Shown: positions 1-11,704, counted from the first letter of the whole stretch. The stretch is DNA of 60,838 nt, filler included, from Stramenopiles sp. TOSAG23-2 (GCA_900128395.1; 5 parts of 5 records of this genome joined end to end with filler, not necessarily neighbours in it); one strand, 5' to 3'. Made by a program: numbers and translations. The notes: generated by a model not told the origin, from the letters alone.

Positions 1-156
1 AAAAATGTTCTTAAAGCAAAAAAATGCAATTAGCACTACACAGGCCTTGAAAATGACATTTTACCTTAAATTATATCCAAAAATAACACTACACATAAGA
101 AGATACACGTTAGACGGCCGACTATCTCTGGTTAAGAGCTTATATTAATAGTCGAA

Positions 157-211
157 GCTTACCAGCTTACCAGGCTTACCAGGCTTACCAGCTTACTGGC
201 TTACTGGCTTA
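157..211. repeat. Short tandem array of GCTTACCAG(G)/GCTTACTG units ~250 bp upstream of the first CDS
   Basis: agcttacc-agcttacc-aggcttacc-aggcttacc-agcttact-ggcttact-ggcttac read directly in the sequence. Confidence 0.8.
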
Positions 212-457
212 CGCGCAGCAATTTAAATTAGCATTGGTGCATTGAGAGAGAAAAAATGCACAAAAAAAAGGGTAAAAAGGTGCAAAACAACATATATAAT
301 AAACATAAAAAAACTTTAAACTTTATTGAACAACTCTTCTTAAACTTAAACTGTTTATACTTACTGTACCCAGAACAAAGATCATCTACACACACACACA
401 CACATATATATACACGAGATATTATTAAAAGTACATAACAAATATCTAAATACGATA

Positions 458-1444
458 ATGGATTTCCCACCAACAAGTGAGGAATATAATAACTTGAATA
501 CGATAAATAAAATCAAAGCGTTGGAAAAAGAGATTAAACGCTTACGACAAAATGATGATGATGGTACAACACAAAAAATAAATAAAAAAAAAGAAGATGC
601 ACATAGAGCTATGGTAGAAATTGAGTTACAACCAGTAACGAGAGACCATGAAATAAATCGAAACTCTTGGGCGAAAATCTACCGCGATGTCACTGCTCGA
701 CGAAAAAGTTTAAAGATATTAGGAAAAGAGGTTGTAGTGGATGATTGGTTAGATTGGCGTGTAAAATGGGGACAACGTGGATCTGGACTTTTTACTTTGA
801 TGGGGTTGCTTTGTCATATTGTTGGACTACGTGTTGCAACTGTTATATTTACAGTTATTGCAATGATATTTACTGTTATGTTGTATTACAAAAATGTATC
901 ATTTGTGATTACGAAACGATTGTTAAAGGAAGCAAATGTTATTATTATTGTAATGTTAACTACTTTTAACTGTATTATTGAATTTTTACGACCCGCTACA
1001 CCAATATCACCAATTAATGGAATATTGTACATGATAGCAATAAATATGTTTGTATTTATTGATGCAATGAAACTAAAAAGTCGTATATATGTAATTATAA
1101 TTGCAAGTTTGTTTACAGCATTAAATATAAATAATCTCTATAGCAGGATATTTAAAGATTCAAATAAAGGAACCGTTCTATTTAATTATACTATACAAGG
1201 CGAAGAATACACAATAATGAAACGTTCAATACAACGATCAATTTTTATTCAAGTTTTCTTATTTAGTATCAAGGCTGTATACACTATGTTTATTAAAGAT
1301 AAGAAAATGGAATTGTTAATATTTGCTACTGGAAATATTTATCGTGAAACAGGAACTGCATCAAAGGAAATTGAAGATACAACATTTTCAATGAAAATGA
1401 AACAAGAAAAAACAAACAGGTCAATCGACCCAGCTACAGCATGA
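458..1444 (+). CDS. Multi-pass membrane protein of unknown function (328 aa)
   Basis: ATG-initiated ORF after an A-rich leader; short N-terminal coiled coil then ~5-6 hydrophobic segments; no family motif recognised. Confidence 0.75.
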   Translation: MDFPPTSEEYNNLNTINKIKALEKEIKRLRQNDDDGTTQKINKKKEDAHRAMVEIELQPVTRDHEINRNSWAKIYRDVTARRKSLKILGKEVVVDDWLDWRVKWGQRGSGLFTLMGLLCHIVGLRVATVIFTVIAMIFTVMLYYKNVSFVITKRLLKEANVIIIVMLTTFNCIIEFLRPATPISPINGILYMIAINMFVFIDAMKLKSRIYVIIIASLFTALNINNLYSRIFKDSNKGTVLFNYTIQGEEYTIMKRSIQRSIFIQVFLFSIKAVYTMFIKDKKMELLIFATGNIYRETGTASKEIEDTTFSMKMKQEKTNRSIDPATA

Positions 1445-1566
1445 AAAAATGTAAATTTCCCCAATTTTTGCATTATGCATAATATATTATATAACTATAT
1501 ATATGCATATATAAATACGAGTCGTATATTATAAAATACGCGTAGAGAGTATTTTAAATTTAAAAA

Positions 1567-1704
1567 TATGGAATATTAAATATTATGATGGTTAAAATCT
1601 AAGTTATAATATTTTTATACTTCTCGTGTTAAAGTAATATGCTCAATACTCAATCGCAAGAATAATTTGTTATCCTACTATAGTATGGAATATTAAATAT
1701 TATG
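1567..1704 (-). mobile_element. Dispersed repeat family A, copy 1 (96-bp insert 1588-1683) between 21-bp direct repeats; putative 5'-truncated retroposed element
   Basis: TATGGAATATTAAATATTATG at 1567-1587 and 1684-1704; the insert is nearly identical to the reverse complement of ~20726-20825 and similar to 20231-20340. Confidence 0.7.
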
Positions 1705-1894
1705 TTTTTATCTGATGAAATATCATAATGTGCGCACATATATGTATATGTATCATACTATGATACCGAGAATATTTTTACAATATGAGCACACGTATTA
1801 AAACACCCACACCACACCTTTTCAACAAAACCACACATTTAAACTTTCTACCACCTTAGCCTTACACATTTGGTCTAGATAATTGTTTTATTAT

Positions 1895-3241
1895 TTACGA
1901 ACTTAATAACGAACCATCTTCAAGCATATCATGAATTTCTTGATCATTATATCCTAAGACATGTTTCATGATATATTTGCTATCACCACCTAATGTAGGT
2001 ACAGCAGTTTTATTTTCAATTGGTGTATTAAGAAATTTAACTGGATGTTTTGGTTGTCGTAATTTTCCAATTACATTTGTCTCGCCAGTTATAAATGTTT
2101 TATTCTTTGTGGAGTGTATAGCATATATATACAAATGAGTGATGTGTTAGCGGGTATGCTGGTATGATATGATATATATGATATATATATATCTTTTTTA
2201 GGCTTAGGGAAATAATAATTTACTTACGTGTTGTATTTGTTCATTTAAATGTACTTTATCCCATGGCAATACGGCACTACCAGGCAAATCATTCTTTACA
2301 ATACGTTTGATACATTCATCTGTTGTTAAATTTACAAAACTTGTTTTTGCCTCTTCAAAAAATTGTTTAAAATTTTTATTTCTAAAATCTGGATTAGCAT
2401 ATTTTGTTGCCCATGGTAAGTCATGAAAAGCATTTAATACACGTTTCCATGTACTTCTTGTTCTTAAATTTAATACAAATGCACCATCTTTTGTTTTAAA
2501 TGGGCCGGCACTTGGGATACTTGAATCAGTTTCTTTCCGTTCTGGATGATCAATCACACCAGCAACACTATTTTCAATTCCCATGAAATGTGTTCCAACA
2601 TCGAGCATGTTTATCATTACATGCTGCCCAGATCCATTTCCATTATTTGCTCGTGCAAATAATGCAGCATTAACTGCATTTGATACATTTAGTGATGTAA
2701 TTTTATCGATAACAATGTTTTGTACCATTTCCACTTGATCCCCTTGTTTGTCTTGACTTTCAAAATCAGCCATCCCACTCAATGCTTGAATTACAAAATC
2801 ATATACCATTTGTTTTGAATATGGACCTGACGGCCCCATGCCTGAAATAGATACATAAATAAGTTTTGGATTTAACTTTGATATTTCTTCATACCCTATT
2901 CCCATACGTTCCATTACACCAGGACGCATATTTTGTATAAAAACATCAGCTTTCATTAATAACTTCTTCAATGCTTGTAGACCTTTTGGCGATTTTGTAT
3001 TTAAAGACAAAGACTGTTTCCCACGATTAGCAAAAGCAAATGATGCTGGTGTACTTGATGGTTTAGCACCACTGACTCCTCTGAATCTATCCCCAACCCC
3101 ATTTGCAGCTTCAATTTTTATGACGTTTGCACCTTGATCTGCAAGCATCATAGCCCCCATAGGACCACTCACCATTTGGCACATCTCAATTACTAACACG
3201 CCGGATAAAGGTCCAGAACGTTTTAAAAATGCACGAGACAT
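1895..3241 (-). CDS. CoA-transferase family III (CaiB/BaiF), two exons: 3241-2228 and 2104-1895 (~407 aa)
   Basis: Motifs GPLSGVLVIE, LADQGANVIKIE, NRGKQSLSLN, ADVFIQNMRPG, YDFVIQA. Intron 2105-2227 has a GTAAGT donor, GCTAAC branch site and AAG acceptor; splicing joins QIQH to NKTF in frame and restores the C-terminal PTLG..S..IM..VLGY motif. Confidence 0.9.
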
Positions 3242-3734
3242 GTTGTAATAATTTTAATGGATATTATATAAATATTAAATTTATTTATTTAATCTATTTA
3301 GATATGGAATATTTTTTTTGTATATCTGTATATCTTCTATGTAATTATTGTTACTTATTATTATTAATTATACCACCACACCGGGTGGTTGTTGTGTTGG
3401 TAGGACTGATTATTATAGCAACGCTATATAAATACCTGGTAAGAAGCGAAGATTTTTTATATACATGTCTTTTAGTATAGCTAGCTCTAGGCCTGGATAG
3501 CAGCGGGTCGTCGTCGGTATCTTTTATAATATACATACAAGTATGTGATAGGTGCATAGATATATAAAAGATATTTTGAAAGATTTTACCAGCCGCCACC
3601 ACTGGCCAGATGTGTTAAACCAGGTGAAAATATATTATGATAATTACAAATTGCAATGATTTGAAAGAGAATTGATACCACATCATTATATAACTATTTT
3701 TTATCATAAACAATAAAATATAAGCGATATAAAA

Positions 3735-4877
3735 ATGACAACAAAATTACCACCAGGTTCAGGAACAAATATTAAATTTACACGCGAGGAATTAGCCAAA
3801 TTAAGATTACAACGACGTATTAATCATAAAGCAAAATTAAACAATGTATTTATAATAGGTGGAACACATGGAAATGAGACAAATGGCGTATATCTTGCTA
3901 AATATTTCATGAAATCACCGGATGTAACTTGTAGATCAAATTTTCAAACTTCAGTCGTATTATCTAATGATGCAGCAGTTAAAAATAACTCAAGATACGT
4001 TGAAGTAGATATGAATAGATGTTTTTTATTAAATGATTTAGTTTCAATAAGTGAAAAAAATAATAATGATGATAATGCAGTTGTAAATAATGAAAAATTG
4101 TTATTGGAACAAAAAAGAGCATATCATTTAAACAAACATGTGCTAGGGCCTAAAGAATCAATTAATCCAAAAGCTGATATGATATTTGATTTACATAATA
4201 CAACAGCAAATACAGGTGTGGCATTAATGTTAGCTCCAGATGATATTTTTGCACATGAAATTGCTGCATTTTTGTCATCCATTGATTCTTCCGTGAAAAT
4301 TTGCAATTGGACACCGTTGAAAAACACATTAATGGGGGATTGGGGACTATTGCCAACATTGGGACGTAGTGGTATGACATTTGAAGTTGGACCATCTCCA
4401 TGGGGTAATTTAAATGGGAAAACATATGATCAAAGTCGTAAGCTTTTATTATCTGCATTAGATTATATTGAAAAACACAATGAAAACATATTATTATCTG
4501 ATGATGGGCAAACAAATCCAACTATTAGAAAGAAAAAAGTAATAGTAAATATACATCAAGGAATTGGATCGATAATGTATCCAAAAGATGGAAATGGTGA
4601 AATTAATGCAATGGTTCATCCTGATATTCAAGATAAAGATTTCATAGAGTTGAAAGATGGGAATCCATTATTTTTAAATTTAGATGGTACGACAGAATAT
4701 TTTTACAAGAAGAATTATAAATTCATTAATACACAAAAAGGCGATGATGAAGAAAAGATTTTTCCTTTTTTCATTAATGAAAGTGCATATTATGAAGGTG
4801 GAGTCGCAATGGTCATAGCAAGAAGAAAAACAATTGAAATTGGAATACATGATGTTCCAGTAAGCTCGCTATTATGA
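3735..4877 (+). CDS. Aspartoacylase/aminoacylase-3-like zinc hydrolase (AstE/AspA family)
   Basis: GGTHGNE, RYVEVDMNRCF, DLHNTTAN, FEVGP and FINESAYYE match the ASPA zinc and catalytic motifs. Confidence 0.9.
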   Translation: MTTKLPPGSGTNIKFTREELAKLRLQRRINHKAKLNNVFIIGGTHGNETNGVYLAKYFMKSPDVTCRSNFQTSVVLSNDAAVKNNSRYVEVDMNRCFLLNDLVSISEKNNNDDNAVVNNEKLLLEQKRAYHLNKHVLGPKESINPKADMIFDLHNTTANTGVALMLAPDDIFAHEIAAFLSSIDSSVKICNWTPLKNTLMGDWGLLPTLGRSGMTFEVGPSPWGNLNGKTYDQSRKLLLSALDYIEKHNENILLSDDGQTNPTIRKKKVIVNIHQGIGSIMYPKDGNGEINAMVHPDIQDKDFIELKDGNPLFLNLDGTTEYFYKKNYKFINTQKGDDEEKIFPFFINESAYYEGGVAMVIARRKTIEIGIHDVPVSSLL

Positions 4878-5005
4878 GAAAAGGGAAGAAAAATATTATT
4901 AAAAAAATAAAAATACGAGCCGTAAAATAAATGTGTGTGTGAGTGCGTCATGTAATTCGTATTATTTAATATGATGCGCATATGTAATACCCTTTTTTTA
5001 TTTTT

Positions 5006-7310
5006 TTACATTCCAAAAATTAATCTCGTCACATGATCTGCTTTCTTATGATGTGGTCGAATACAACCTAAATATTGCAAATCAGAAACCGCAGTAACAA
5101 ATCTTGCTTGTAAATCCACATTTTTCACTGATTTATCAAGATCATCAGTCAGTTTTTTTAACAATTCTGCTGCATCTTGACTTTTTTTTCGAGTACCAAT
5201 ACGTTTTTTTTGCTTTTTCCCAGACGTACCACTGCTATTACCATCTGTAAGATCAAGGTAAGTTTTATCATCTATATTTTCATCAACAATCGTAACAAAT
5301 GATTGAAACCAATCATACAAATTGATATCTTTACCACGTTCTTCCATCAATGAATATACAATTGATATATCTGGCATTTCTTTATATATATGCTTTTCAT
5401 TAGCATCTCTTTCTAAATTTGCCATGTAATGATGTGGATTCGACAATGCTGCTAATGTCAATTTACGTGGTTGAGCACTAAATAATTTTGCTAGATCACC
5501 TTTACGCCTTAACATGGATAATTCATACAATGGAAATGTACTAATGTGACATAACCGTTCTTTCACAATATAATCCATAAATTTAAAGAAATTCAACGTT
5601 ACTTCTTCCAGTTCATTTGTATCATGCATTGAAGATGAAGATTCTCGTTTCTGTTTACTACGTTTACGCAAAGATGAAAAAGCTAATTTTCGTTTCTTTG
5701 CAAAATTCATATTTTTTTTACTTGTCATTGATGATGGTAATTTTTTTGCACCATTATCATCTTCTTTATTTTTATTATCATCATTCTCATATAGTACAAG
5801 AGCAACACTAGTAGTATTAGAAGACGTTGTTGAAGAAGATTGTTTGTTGTTGCTATCAGCTTCGTCGCTACGTTCCTGTGATTCCATTTGTTCCGTATCT
5901 TCTTGCAATCGATCTAATTGTTTAGTTATTTGACTCAACATTAATTCTTCAGCTTCTAATTTACGATTAGCTTCATCAAAGTTATTATTTTTTGTATTTC
6001 TATCAAATGTTTGATCTAGATCATAAAACATATTATCCCATATTTTTACTATATTGATTAAATGTCGTTTTGTACAATTGTTATTTAACATTGTTTTTAT
6101 TTTACGTGCAAAATTAAACCAATAATTTCGAGTTTCTAATGAATCAATATAGACACGCCGTATGCCAGGTATTTGTGAATTAGATGTTCGTGTCATGTTG
6201 TTGTTGTTGTTGTTCATATTTTGTAATGTATATTTCAATGTATCATATATTGCATGAAAGACAAAACCATAAACGCGTTTATATACATGTATATCTGCCA
6301 ACCAATTTGCAATTTTCTTCTTATTTTGATTTAAGGTTGATACTTGTTTTTTGCTCGATGACGACGTTGCAGTTGTTGTAGTTGTCGTTGTAGTAGTAGT
6401 AGTAGTGTTGTTGTTGTTGTTGGTGGTGGTGTTACTATTTGATGCCATTGTCCCTGATGCAGAGGATGACAAATGTTTTGTAGATGGAAATGACATTAAA
6501 TATTGTACATCTTTATTGCCTAAATCTTGTATTAATTTCATAGCACTGTCCATAACTCCCTCCGTTCCAATACATTGACCCAGATCCATCGTCAATGCAG
6601 ATAAACGAGTTGTATAATAATGTTCCATCATAGCAAATTGCAAACTACGTATGTAACTTGATACACTAAATGTGTATTCTAAAAATCGATCGGACATCCA
6701 ACGCAAAACATTATAGGATAAACGTAATGGAAAATTCGAGAAATTACAAGATACAAATAATTTATCAATGACATTATCCATTGTTTTCATAGAATTTTCT
6801 AAACGTATTGTACGCATCCATAATAAATTTGTAACTGGTCTTGGCAATCGTGCATGGACAGCATCAGGGCCAGTCACACTAGCAACGCCTAAAATGAGGC
6901 ACAGTGGCAAACCTCTACGATGTGCTTTTGTTATCGTAATTAAAACATCTTGTAGTACACCAGGCTTGAAAAAATCAAAATCTTCAATACAAAGAATCAT
7001 TGGTGGGCATTCTTTTTCTCTTTGCTGCTTATGTTGTTCATCATTATTATTATTGCTACTACTGCTGCTATTACTATTACTATTATTATTATTATTATTA
7101 TTTGTAGCATTTGTATCATCATTTACATAAAAATATTTATACCATTCTTCTACATCACCAAGTGGTGCTAAAATATTTCGACCACGTTTTACTTTTTTAT
7201 TAAAACGAGCTTCTTCTTTTTTTCTTATCTTTGCATCTAAAGCGGCATCAATTGCAGTTGTTACTGCTTGTGTACTATCACGTATATTTCGTGTAGTTCC
7301 ATCGTCGTAT

Positions 7311-7341
<31 letters not shown>

Positions 7342-8074
7342 CTACAACATTGTTATTATTCGAATTAGCTATAATTGTACTTGGAAATGTATTGCATAGA
7401 TTTTTAATTAGTAGACTTGATACATGTCGTTTAGCAGTTGTCGTTGATTCACAATCGCGGGCAAAAATAGATACGACATGTGGTGTACAAGATTTTAATA
7501 AATGCTTTTTCAAACCATCAAAAGTCTTACCATGATCAGATAAATTCAAACCAGCACAAACAATTGCAGTTGGTAAAAAACGATCACGTGGATTGATTCT
7601 TTGTGGTAGTGCTGGTATAAAGCCAGGGGAAGGAGCACGATTGTTGGATTTTTTTGCAGTAGTATTTGCTGTTGTTGTTGCGGTACCATCATACGCCGTC
7701 TCTTCTTCATAACTTCTCCATTTCGCGGAACAGCCATCTTCCCCATATGCATCGTGGAAAAAAGTATTTACTTCATTAAATGCTTTTGCGTTCAATTTCA
7801 TAGATAAAGCTTTTTCCAATGTTTCCAATGAATTACGACAAGATAAATATGCTTTATGCCTTGCTTGTACTGCATCAACACTTTCGCCGGGATAACATGG
7901 TGGAAAAATAGAAGTTTCTTTTAATTTATTGTTTTGATTATCTATTATTATATTATTATATTCTTCATCTGTAGTTGGTATTGATTTTGGTTGTGCATTA
8001 ATATCCGCTTCAAATGTACCTTTTTTATAATGAAAAACAGAATCTACCAAGGAATCGTTCTTTTGTGATGCCAT
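5006..8074 (-). CDS. ORC3: Origin recognition complex subunit 3 (with poly-N/T/S insertions)
   Basis: ILCIEDFDFF..VLQDVL, LILGVAS, and a C-terminal winged helix PDISIVY..INLYDWFQSF..LQARF..AVSDLQYLG..KKADHVTRL; first ATG at 8074. Confidence 0.9.
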
Positions 8075-8794
8075 AGTTGTATTTTTGTTGTAGGTATTAA
8101 AAAGCAACACGATTTATATTTTTTAAAATTTTCTTAAATAGATACGTATATATTTATGTATATATATATATATATGTGTGTGAATGTATATCCTTTCGAT
8201 CAGATATGTATCATTAATCTAATCTAATATCAATTTAAATTTATATATTTAAATTTTAATAATTCAATTTTTTAAATAATTTTCAATTATTATTTTTTTT
8301 GTTGTTGTGCTTGTTGATAATAAAAAATTTTCAAAAAATTAAGTGTTATAATTAGGGTTAAAATATTAGTAATTTTGATATACCACCAGTAGTGTAGGTG
8401 GTAGGCCTAGTCGGTAATATAGGCCTATCAAAATCGGTAATAAATAGATATCCACGTATACTAAATCTGCATGACTTCATGAACAGCCGCCACACAGCCG
8501 CCAGTTTGCCAGTTTGCCTCGTGGTTTCTGTACAATTTCAAGGATGATTTGGTATATCCGTCACAGTAGCTATTTACCTACTATTTATTTATAAGTAGTT
8601 TCAGCATATATTTATGACGAACACTACGCACCCATAAATATATATTCCATATACTGGCATATACTCTGTACATAAACAAAATAGAATTTCACTTGTGTAT
8701 TGAAGAATATTCATAACACAATCTATTGATATTAGTTTATTCACACATATATAAATATAAGACAACAAAAAAAAATCAAACAAACAATCAAAAG

Positions 8795-10228
8795 ATGAAA
8801 GTAATTGCAACGTTATTATTAGTAACCATAGCATTCACAGCAGTAGCCGCTGAATCCAAACATCCAACATTACCAACTCGATGGAAAGCTACCGTCCACG
8901 AAGATGAGGTTGGTATCGTATTCGAGTCGTACAAAATGGTTGATCGCCCTACCCCTGCAAATCCTTCCGCAAAATGGACTAACTTCACCGATGGTAGCTG
9001 TCAACGTTTAATCTTTGATCCAGATCTTCCTGATGCATCTAGATATTTACTAGGTTGTGATGCATTAGATTGTTGTATTGAATCACAATCTGGGAACCAC
9101 ATAGAATATCAAATTCCAAACGTTCATCCAGCTGCATTAGCACCTGTGAAACATCTTGGTCAAGAAACCATTAATCAAATGGAAGGAAGTAAAGCTAATA
9201 AAGTAACTTGCGATGTTTGGACATGGTCTTTTGGCCCAGAAACGTTATTTGCATTCACCTCAAAAGACCCAAAAACAAATGGAACTGTTTTGAATAGATG
9301 GATTGCTAACATTGAAGGTATGAATTACACCAATGATTATTTCGGATATGCTGCGCCAACCAAAAATGAAATTGCAGCATTTGATGCTCAGTTTAATGTA
9401 CCATCCATTTGTAATAATGCTATGTCATGTGGCGATGCATATGGAAAAGGCTTGATCAGCAAGCAATCGTTAAATTTTGTACGTGCAGGTGAAGAAGCAA
9501 TAACAAAAAAAACCAAAAAATCTGATGCACATCCAACATTACCAACCATGTGGACTGCTACGGTTACCGAAGATGAAGTTGGAACTGTGTTGGAATCTTA
9601 TATTATGATTGATCGCCCAACGCCAACAAATCCATCTGGCAAATGGACCAATTTTACTGATGGTAGTTGCCAACGTTTAATTTTAGATCCAGATCTTCCG
9701 GAGGCAGCAAGATATTTACTTGGATGCGATGCTCTCCCATGTTGCTCTGAATCACAAGAAGGAAATCATCTTGAATATCAAATTCCTAATGTTCATCCAG
9801 CTGCTTTTGCAACTGTTAAACATGGTGGTAAAGTTGAAATTCAACAAACGTTAAATGGTAAAACTATTACAACAAACACTGATGTGTATTCATGGTCATT
9901 TGGTCTTGGAAAATGGTATGCATTTGTTACCAAAACTAATGGTACAAGTGCTATTTTAAATCGATGGGTAGCAGAAGCGGAAGGTAAAAATTTCACAAAT
10001 GATTATTTCAATTATGAAGTACCAAAAGACGTTGCTGCATTTAAATCTCAATTTGCTGTACCTGCTATCTGCGATAAAGCACCATCTTGTGGTGAATTAT
10101 TTAAACAAGGTAAATTATCTGAAAAATCAATTAATTTTTTAAATAATGGAAGATTAGCTGTAGACACTACCGCAAGTCGTCAAGGTGAAAACAAAGCAGT
10201 TTTAATGAAATTAATTAGTAATTTGTAA
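8795..10228 (+). CDS. Secreted/lysosomal protein with two tandem ~220-aa domains, possibly ependymin-related (EPDR/LolA fold)
   Basis: Signal peptide MKVIATLLLVTIAFTAVAA; both repeats begin HPTLPT.W.ATV.EDEVG and end QF.VP.IC; Cys pattern conserved between copies. Family call is inferred. Confidence 0.7.
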   Translation: MKVIATLLLVTIAFTAVAAESKHPTLPTRWKATVHEDEVGIVFESYKMVDRPTPANPSAKWTNFTDGSCQRLIFDPDLPDASRYLLGCDALDCCIESQSGNHIEYQIPNVHPAALAPVKHLGQETINQMEGSKANKVTCDVWTWSFGPETLFAFTSKDPKTNGTVLNRWIANIEGMNYTNDYFGYAAPTKNEIAAFDAQFNVPSICNNAMSCGDAYGKGLISKQSLNFVRAGEEAITKKTKKSDAHPTLPTMWTATVTEDEVGTVLESYIMIDRPTPTNPSGKWTNFTDGSCQRLILDPDLPEAARYLLGCDALPCCSESQEGNHLEYQIPNVHPAAFATVKHGGKVEIQQTLNGKTITTNTDVYSWSFGLGKWYAFVTKTNGTSAILNRWVAEAEGKNFTNDYFNYEVPKDVAAFKSQFAVPAICDKAPSCGELFKQGKLSEKSINFLNNGRLAVDTTASRQGENKAVLMKLISNL

Positions 10229-10657
10229 ATAGAACACAAATATTTTAAATAATTAATTTAAATTTTCACAAAAAATTCATTATCAAGGCTTCATATATAT
10301 ATATGCATATCCGTATCATATAATATAATTATTATATCATACGTATCATACGAATATGATATTTAAATATTATGGTCATATTTATATAATTTAATATATA
10401 TACGCTTCGTATATATATATTTATGATGTCATCCCATATCACATTTTAGAAAAATAGAACTTTGTACGTATCATTTACAGAAATACAACGTGTATCTCAC
10501 ACATATATTAAATTAAGAGAGAGAGAGAGTTAAAAAAGTCTTGTGTACAAAGCATGTACGTACAAAGTATATCTATTTAAATATACAAACCATTGTACGA
10601 CGTATAAAAAATATTTTTTTAGTACACTCGGTACATTTTTTTTTCTCTCTCTCTAAA

Positions 10658-11704
10658 TTACAACGCAGATGGGGCAGTTCGAACCGTTTGATATGGCATA
10701 CCATCCAAATAACCACATAATATTTTATACAATTTTGGATTCGAACAATCTTCTGCTAATGATCTTGGAAAAGAATTTTGAAAATCTTCTTGTGATTGAA
10801 TTGATCTATTACGAAAATAGTTTGCCAACATAATCCGACAACCATTTTTTTTACGAGGATATGCACCATGCCATGTCGCACCATGGAACAAAATAACAGA
10901 ACCAGCTGGACATTCGACAGGAATTGCTTCACTTGCTGCATTTGCACCTGGATTTTGATGTCGACGATGTGATCCTGGTACTATTGCTAAAGCACCATTA
11001 TCTAATGTATAATCTGTTAGACACCAATTGGAATTGGCATTTAATGCATTTGTCCCCCATGGCAATGGAACACCACCTTGATCAGCATGCATTGCAAGAT
11101 TTCTCTCGGTTGCATAATTCGATGGTGCGCCTTTCCATTTTATAACAGCATTATTACTTGAAAATCTAGAAGCACGAGGTCCAATCATATGTTCAATCAA
11201 AGCTAGACATACTGGATTTAAAGCTAAATCACGAAATTCACGATGATATCTACCCATTTGTTGCATTAACATTTGAAATGGTTCATTGTGATCGTTGCTA
11301 TTCTTCTTCTTATTATTATTATAAGGAATTGGTGTAGAAGCTGGTTTTGGTCTTGTTTTATTTGTATTTGAAGTTTGTATTAAAAAGTCAGTCCCACTGG
11401 GCCATTGCATAGCTTTTAAAGGGCCATCTTCCTCTGTCCATTTACATCCAGTTACTTCACTAGCTTTTTGTAATACTAAATCTTTTAATTTATTGATTGT
11501 TTCCATTGAAACACCATGAACTTCAGGTGGTACTATACAATATCCATATGTATCCAACTCCAACGCATACTTCTCAATATTTAATTTACGTATATTATTA
11601 TAATGTAGTTCCAATATTTGATGCGATGGATTTTTTGTATTTGGTGCATTAGTACTAATAATAGAAGAGGGTTTATTATTATTATTTGATGACAATGATG
11701 ACAT
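10658..11704 (-). CDS. Phytanoyl-CoA dioxygenase (PhyH) family Fe(II)/2-oxoglutarate dioxygenase
   Basis: HxD motif MHADQG, TDYTLDNGALAIVPGSH, VECPAGSVILFHGATWHGA and downstream Arg. Confidence 0.88.
   Translation of the reverse strand: MSSLSSNNNNKPSSIISTNAPNTKNPSHQILELHYNNIRKLNIEKYALELDTYGYCIVPPEVHGVSMETINKLKDLVLQKASEVTGCKWTEEDGPLKAMQWPSGTDFLIQTSNTNKTRPKPASTPIPYNNNKKKNSNDHNEPFQMLMQQMGRYHREFRDLALNPVCLALIEHMIGPRASRFSSNNAVIKWKGAPSNYATERNLAMHADQGGVPLPWGTNALNANSNWCLTDYTLDNGALAIVPGSHRRHQNPGANAASEAIPVECPAGSVILFHGATWHGAYPRKKNGCRIMLANYFRNRSIQSQEDFQNSFPRSLAEDCSNPKLYKILCGYLDGMPYQTVRTAPSAL

Noticed and set aside
157..211. Telomeric repeats
   Set aside because: Internal, short, variable unit length and not a TTAGGG/TTTAGGG-type array.
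10658..10670. C-terminal SAL of PhyH as a peroxisomal PTS1
   Set aside because: Non-canonical tripeptide; too weak to claim without a predictor or orthologue conservation.
1895..11704. CaiB + ASPA-like + PhyH as a metabolic gene cluster
   Set aside because: Mixed strands, interrupted by ORC3 and a secreted protein; no shared pathway can be supported.
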